Shown here in pieces: positions 62,378-64,000 of a stretch of DNA of 64,000 nucleotides (position 1 is the stretch's first letter; each line of letters starts with the position of its first letter). Below the pieces are notes generated by a model, which searched no databases, was not told where the DNA came from, and was given only the letters and a program-made list of their open reading frames with translations. The position numbers and the translations under genes were made by a program. Source of the stretch: Takakia lepidozioides (lineage: Eukaryota > Plantae > Bryophyta); NCBI GenBank assembly GCA_030704615.1, contig CM060731.1:43214001-43278000 (forward strand). The letters run 5' to 3'.

Positions 62378-64000
62378 ATGGCAGAAATAACAGACTACAC
62401 ACTCGCATTACTACTTACGCAATGGCACAAGGACGGACGAACAGAGAGTATCTTTTCTCTAAATCGATACTTGCAAGCCCCACAGGCTTACAAGCACTTA
62501 CCCATTGCATTCTGCGCCAACCATACTTTGATGCTTTGTGCCCTGCAGGCATTTCTTCAGTTGTTGCAACCAAAACCTTTCTGTTTGTCTAGAATGAAGA
62601 GAGTGAGAGGAATGGAGGATATCAGGGTGAAGAGCACCACAATCTTACAGAAGCAAACGATTGCTGCACCACAGGCAGTGCAGCTACTGAAGGAGCTGCG
62701 ATTGGAGGGATTGCTACGCAAGGACTGGTCCTTGCATCATCGGCAGTTCATGATACAATTTCTTCAAAACTTTGAGCCTCGGACAAGACTTACTCAGGTG
62801 AGGGGAGTAGATATAGAGATTACTCCCCAGTACCTGCAGCAATTGTTTGATTTGTCATCAGGACATGTGGATGTGGATGAGCACAGGGCAAGATTGCAGA
62901 TAGGGAATCTGTTCCAAGAAGGGAGTTTCTTTAAAACTCAAGGTTTTGCTTGTACCAAAGCCGAGTACCCAGGGCTTAGAGAAGTTGGCCAAATCTTGAA
63001 CGTTCTGTTTGCCATGAAACAGAACCAACAGTATTTGAGCAAGTCATTCACAGAGGAGATCCTGAAAGCTTTAAGGGGAGAGGATGTCGCTTGGGTGGAG
63101 TTAATGTACAATGGATTGGTGGACGAGATGAAGAGGTTACAAGGCACTGCTGCTAAGTCTCCAATCATTGTGTCCGGTCCAATCATTGCTCAAATAATTA
63201 TTGATTCTTGCATACTTGATACTCGGGAAAGAAAGGAGATGGGAGTGTTTGAGGCAGAAACCACTACAATTGAAGAGCAAGGCTCTTCACACAGTGAGGG
63301 TGGACTGGCAGCGCAACACCAGTCTAAGAGACAGAGGCGGGGTAAGACTGTAGTGGCGGTTCCACTGGCTTCACGGAAACCGCATGATAATGTTTCCCAA
63401 GCTCTTGTGCAGGAAGGGGCACAGCAGCACAGAGAGCTGCTACTATTGGAAGCAGGGCCTTCAGAGAGGGAAGAGGAAGTCACTTCGATACCACAGCCAC
63501 CACAACCAATTGACTCTGTCATTTTGGAGGTTCCACAACTAGTATATGTTGTGGCATCACCACCAATTGCTCAGGAAGGAGAAAGGTTGGACATTCCCAC
63601 TACAGAGCAGGTCGTGGCCGAAATTGAGAAGGGTGACCTTCTCTATGAAAACTCTAGCTTGGTAAGGGAATCAGTGATTCCAGAGGTGCAGAGGTTGTCC
63701 AGGGGAAACCCTGCTATGCATGTAATACCCACACCTGTGACGGAAGTACCAGGGCTAGAATATCAAGACACTGCAGCACCTGTGGCGGATGAGGTGGTGC
63801 AGGAAGAAAATCTGGTGGGGCAATGGCCTGAATGGTTCGTGAGGCATCACACTGTTGAGGATCAGGGAGAACAGCAGCAAGCTCACCATGATGACCCTCA
63901 GCAGGCCATGCTTATGAGTTCCATAAGCATGACACTTAATTTGTTAAGCACTTATGTGAAATCCCATGTTCCATCTACCCAATTGGCAGCTTTGAGGGAA
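62378..64000 (+). CDS. Additional 3' ORF of element 3 (at least 541 codons, no stop in window); resembles Athila-type extra ORF proteins
   Basis: Manual translation from the ATG at 62378 stays open to 64000. FMIQFLQNF...VRGVDIEITPQYLQQLFDL resembles the EFYAN...VRG..I.F....I...LGL pattern of plant retrotransposon extra ORFs. Confidence 0.7.
   Translation, partial: MAEITDYTLALLLTQWHKDGRTESIFSLNRYLQAPQAYKHLPIAFCANHTLMLCALQAFLQLLQPKPFCLSRMKRVRGMEDIRVKSTTILQKQTIAAPQAVQLLKELRLEGLLRKDWSLHHRQFMIQFLQNFEPRTRLTQVRGVDIEITPQYLQQLFDLSSGHVDVDEHRARLQIGNLFQEGSFFKTQGFACTKAEYPGLREVGQILNVLFAMKQNQQYLSKSFTEEILKALRGEDVAWVELMYNGLVDEMKRLQGTAAKSPIIVSGPIIAQIIIDSCILDTRERKEMGVFEAETTTIEEQGSSHSEGGLAAQHQSKRQRRGKTVVAVPLASRKPHDNVSQALVQEGAQQHRELLLLEAGPSEREEEVTSIPQPPQPIDSVILEVPQLVYVVASPPIAQEGERLDIPTTEQVVAEIEKGDLLYENSSLVRESVIPEVQRLSRGNPAMHVIPTPVTEVPGLEYQDTAAPVADEVVQEENLVGQWPEWFVRHHTVEDQGEQQQAHHDDPQQAMLMSSISMTLNLLSTYVKSHVPSTQLAALRE

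Larger units (their letters stand above)
54049..64000 (+). mobile_element. Ty3/gypsy non-chromovirus (Athila/Tat-like) element 3, running off the window
   Basis: LTR, extra 5' ORF, gag with three CCHC knuckles, PR-RT-RH-IN in gypsy order, and an extra 3' ORF. Confidence 0.9.

Overview
Eukaryotic nuclear DNA from a land plant: spliceosomal introns and the PLS-PPR style suggest a non-seed plant such as a moss, but the species cannot be fixed from sequence alone. 1-7 kb holds the 3' exons of a TIMELESS-family gene, a hAT MITE and an ASR (ABA/WDS) gene. 10.8-22.4 kb is a scrambled cluster of PLS-class PPR(-E-DYW) pseudogene fragments on both strands, forming inverted repeats. 25.3-27.3 kb is a CYP71-clan P450 with one frameshift. 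27.9-64 kb is a transposon nest. A 17.5-kb hAT-bounded unit (perfect 8-bp TSD) encloses a Ty3/gypsy remnant with a dUTPase-like domain and a textbook -1 frameshift pseudoknot. Inserted in that remnant is a ~10.5-kb Mutator-like element. It encodes a SWIM/DDE transposase and, divergently, an intron-containing ParB/Srx-like plus N6A/N4C (beta-class) DNA-methyltransferase-like fusion gene, whose introns carry at least 11 copies of a 24-bp palindrome. Next comes a gypsy element with a DNMT3-like C5 methyltransferase inside pol and a PHD-like integrase tail, interrupted by a third gypsy element with extra 5' and 3' ORFs. The best candidates for new biology are the MULE ParB-MTase/palindrome module and the DNMT3-carrying retrotransposon. 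All calls come from reading motifs by eye; no searches were run. Many single-base frameshifts fall in homopolymers and may be assembly errors.
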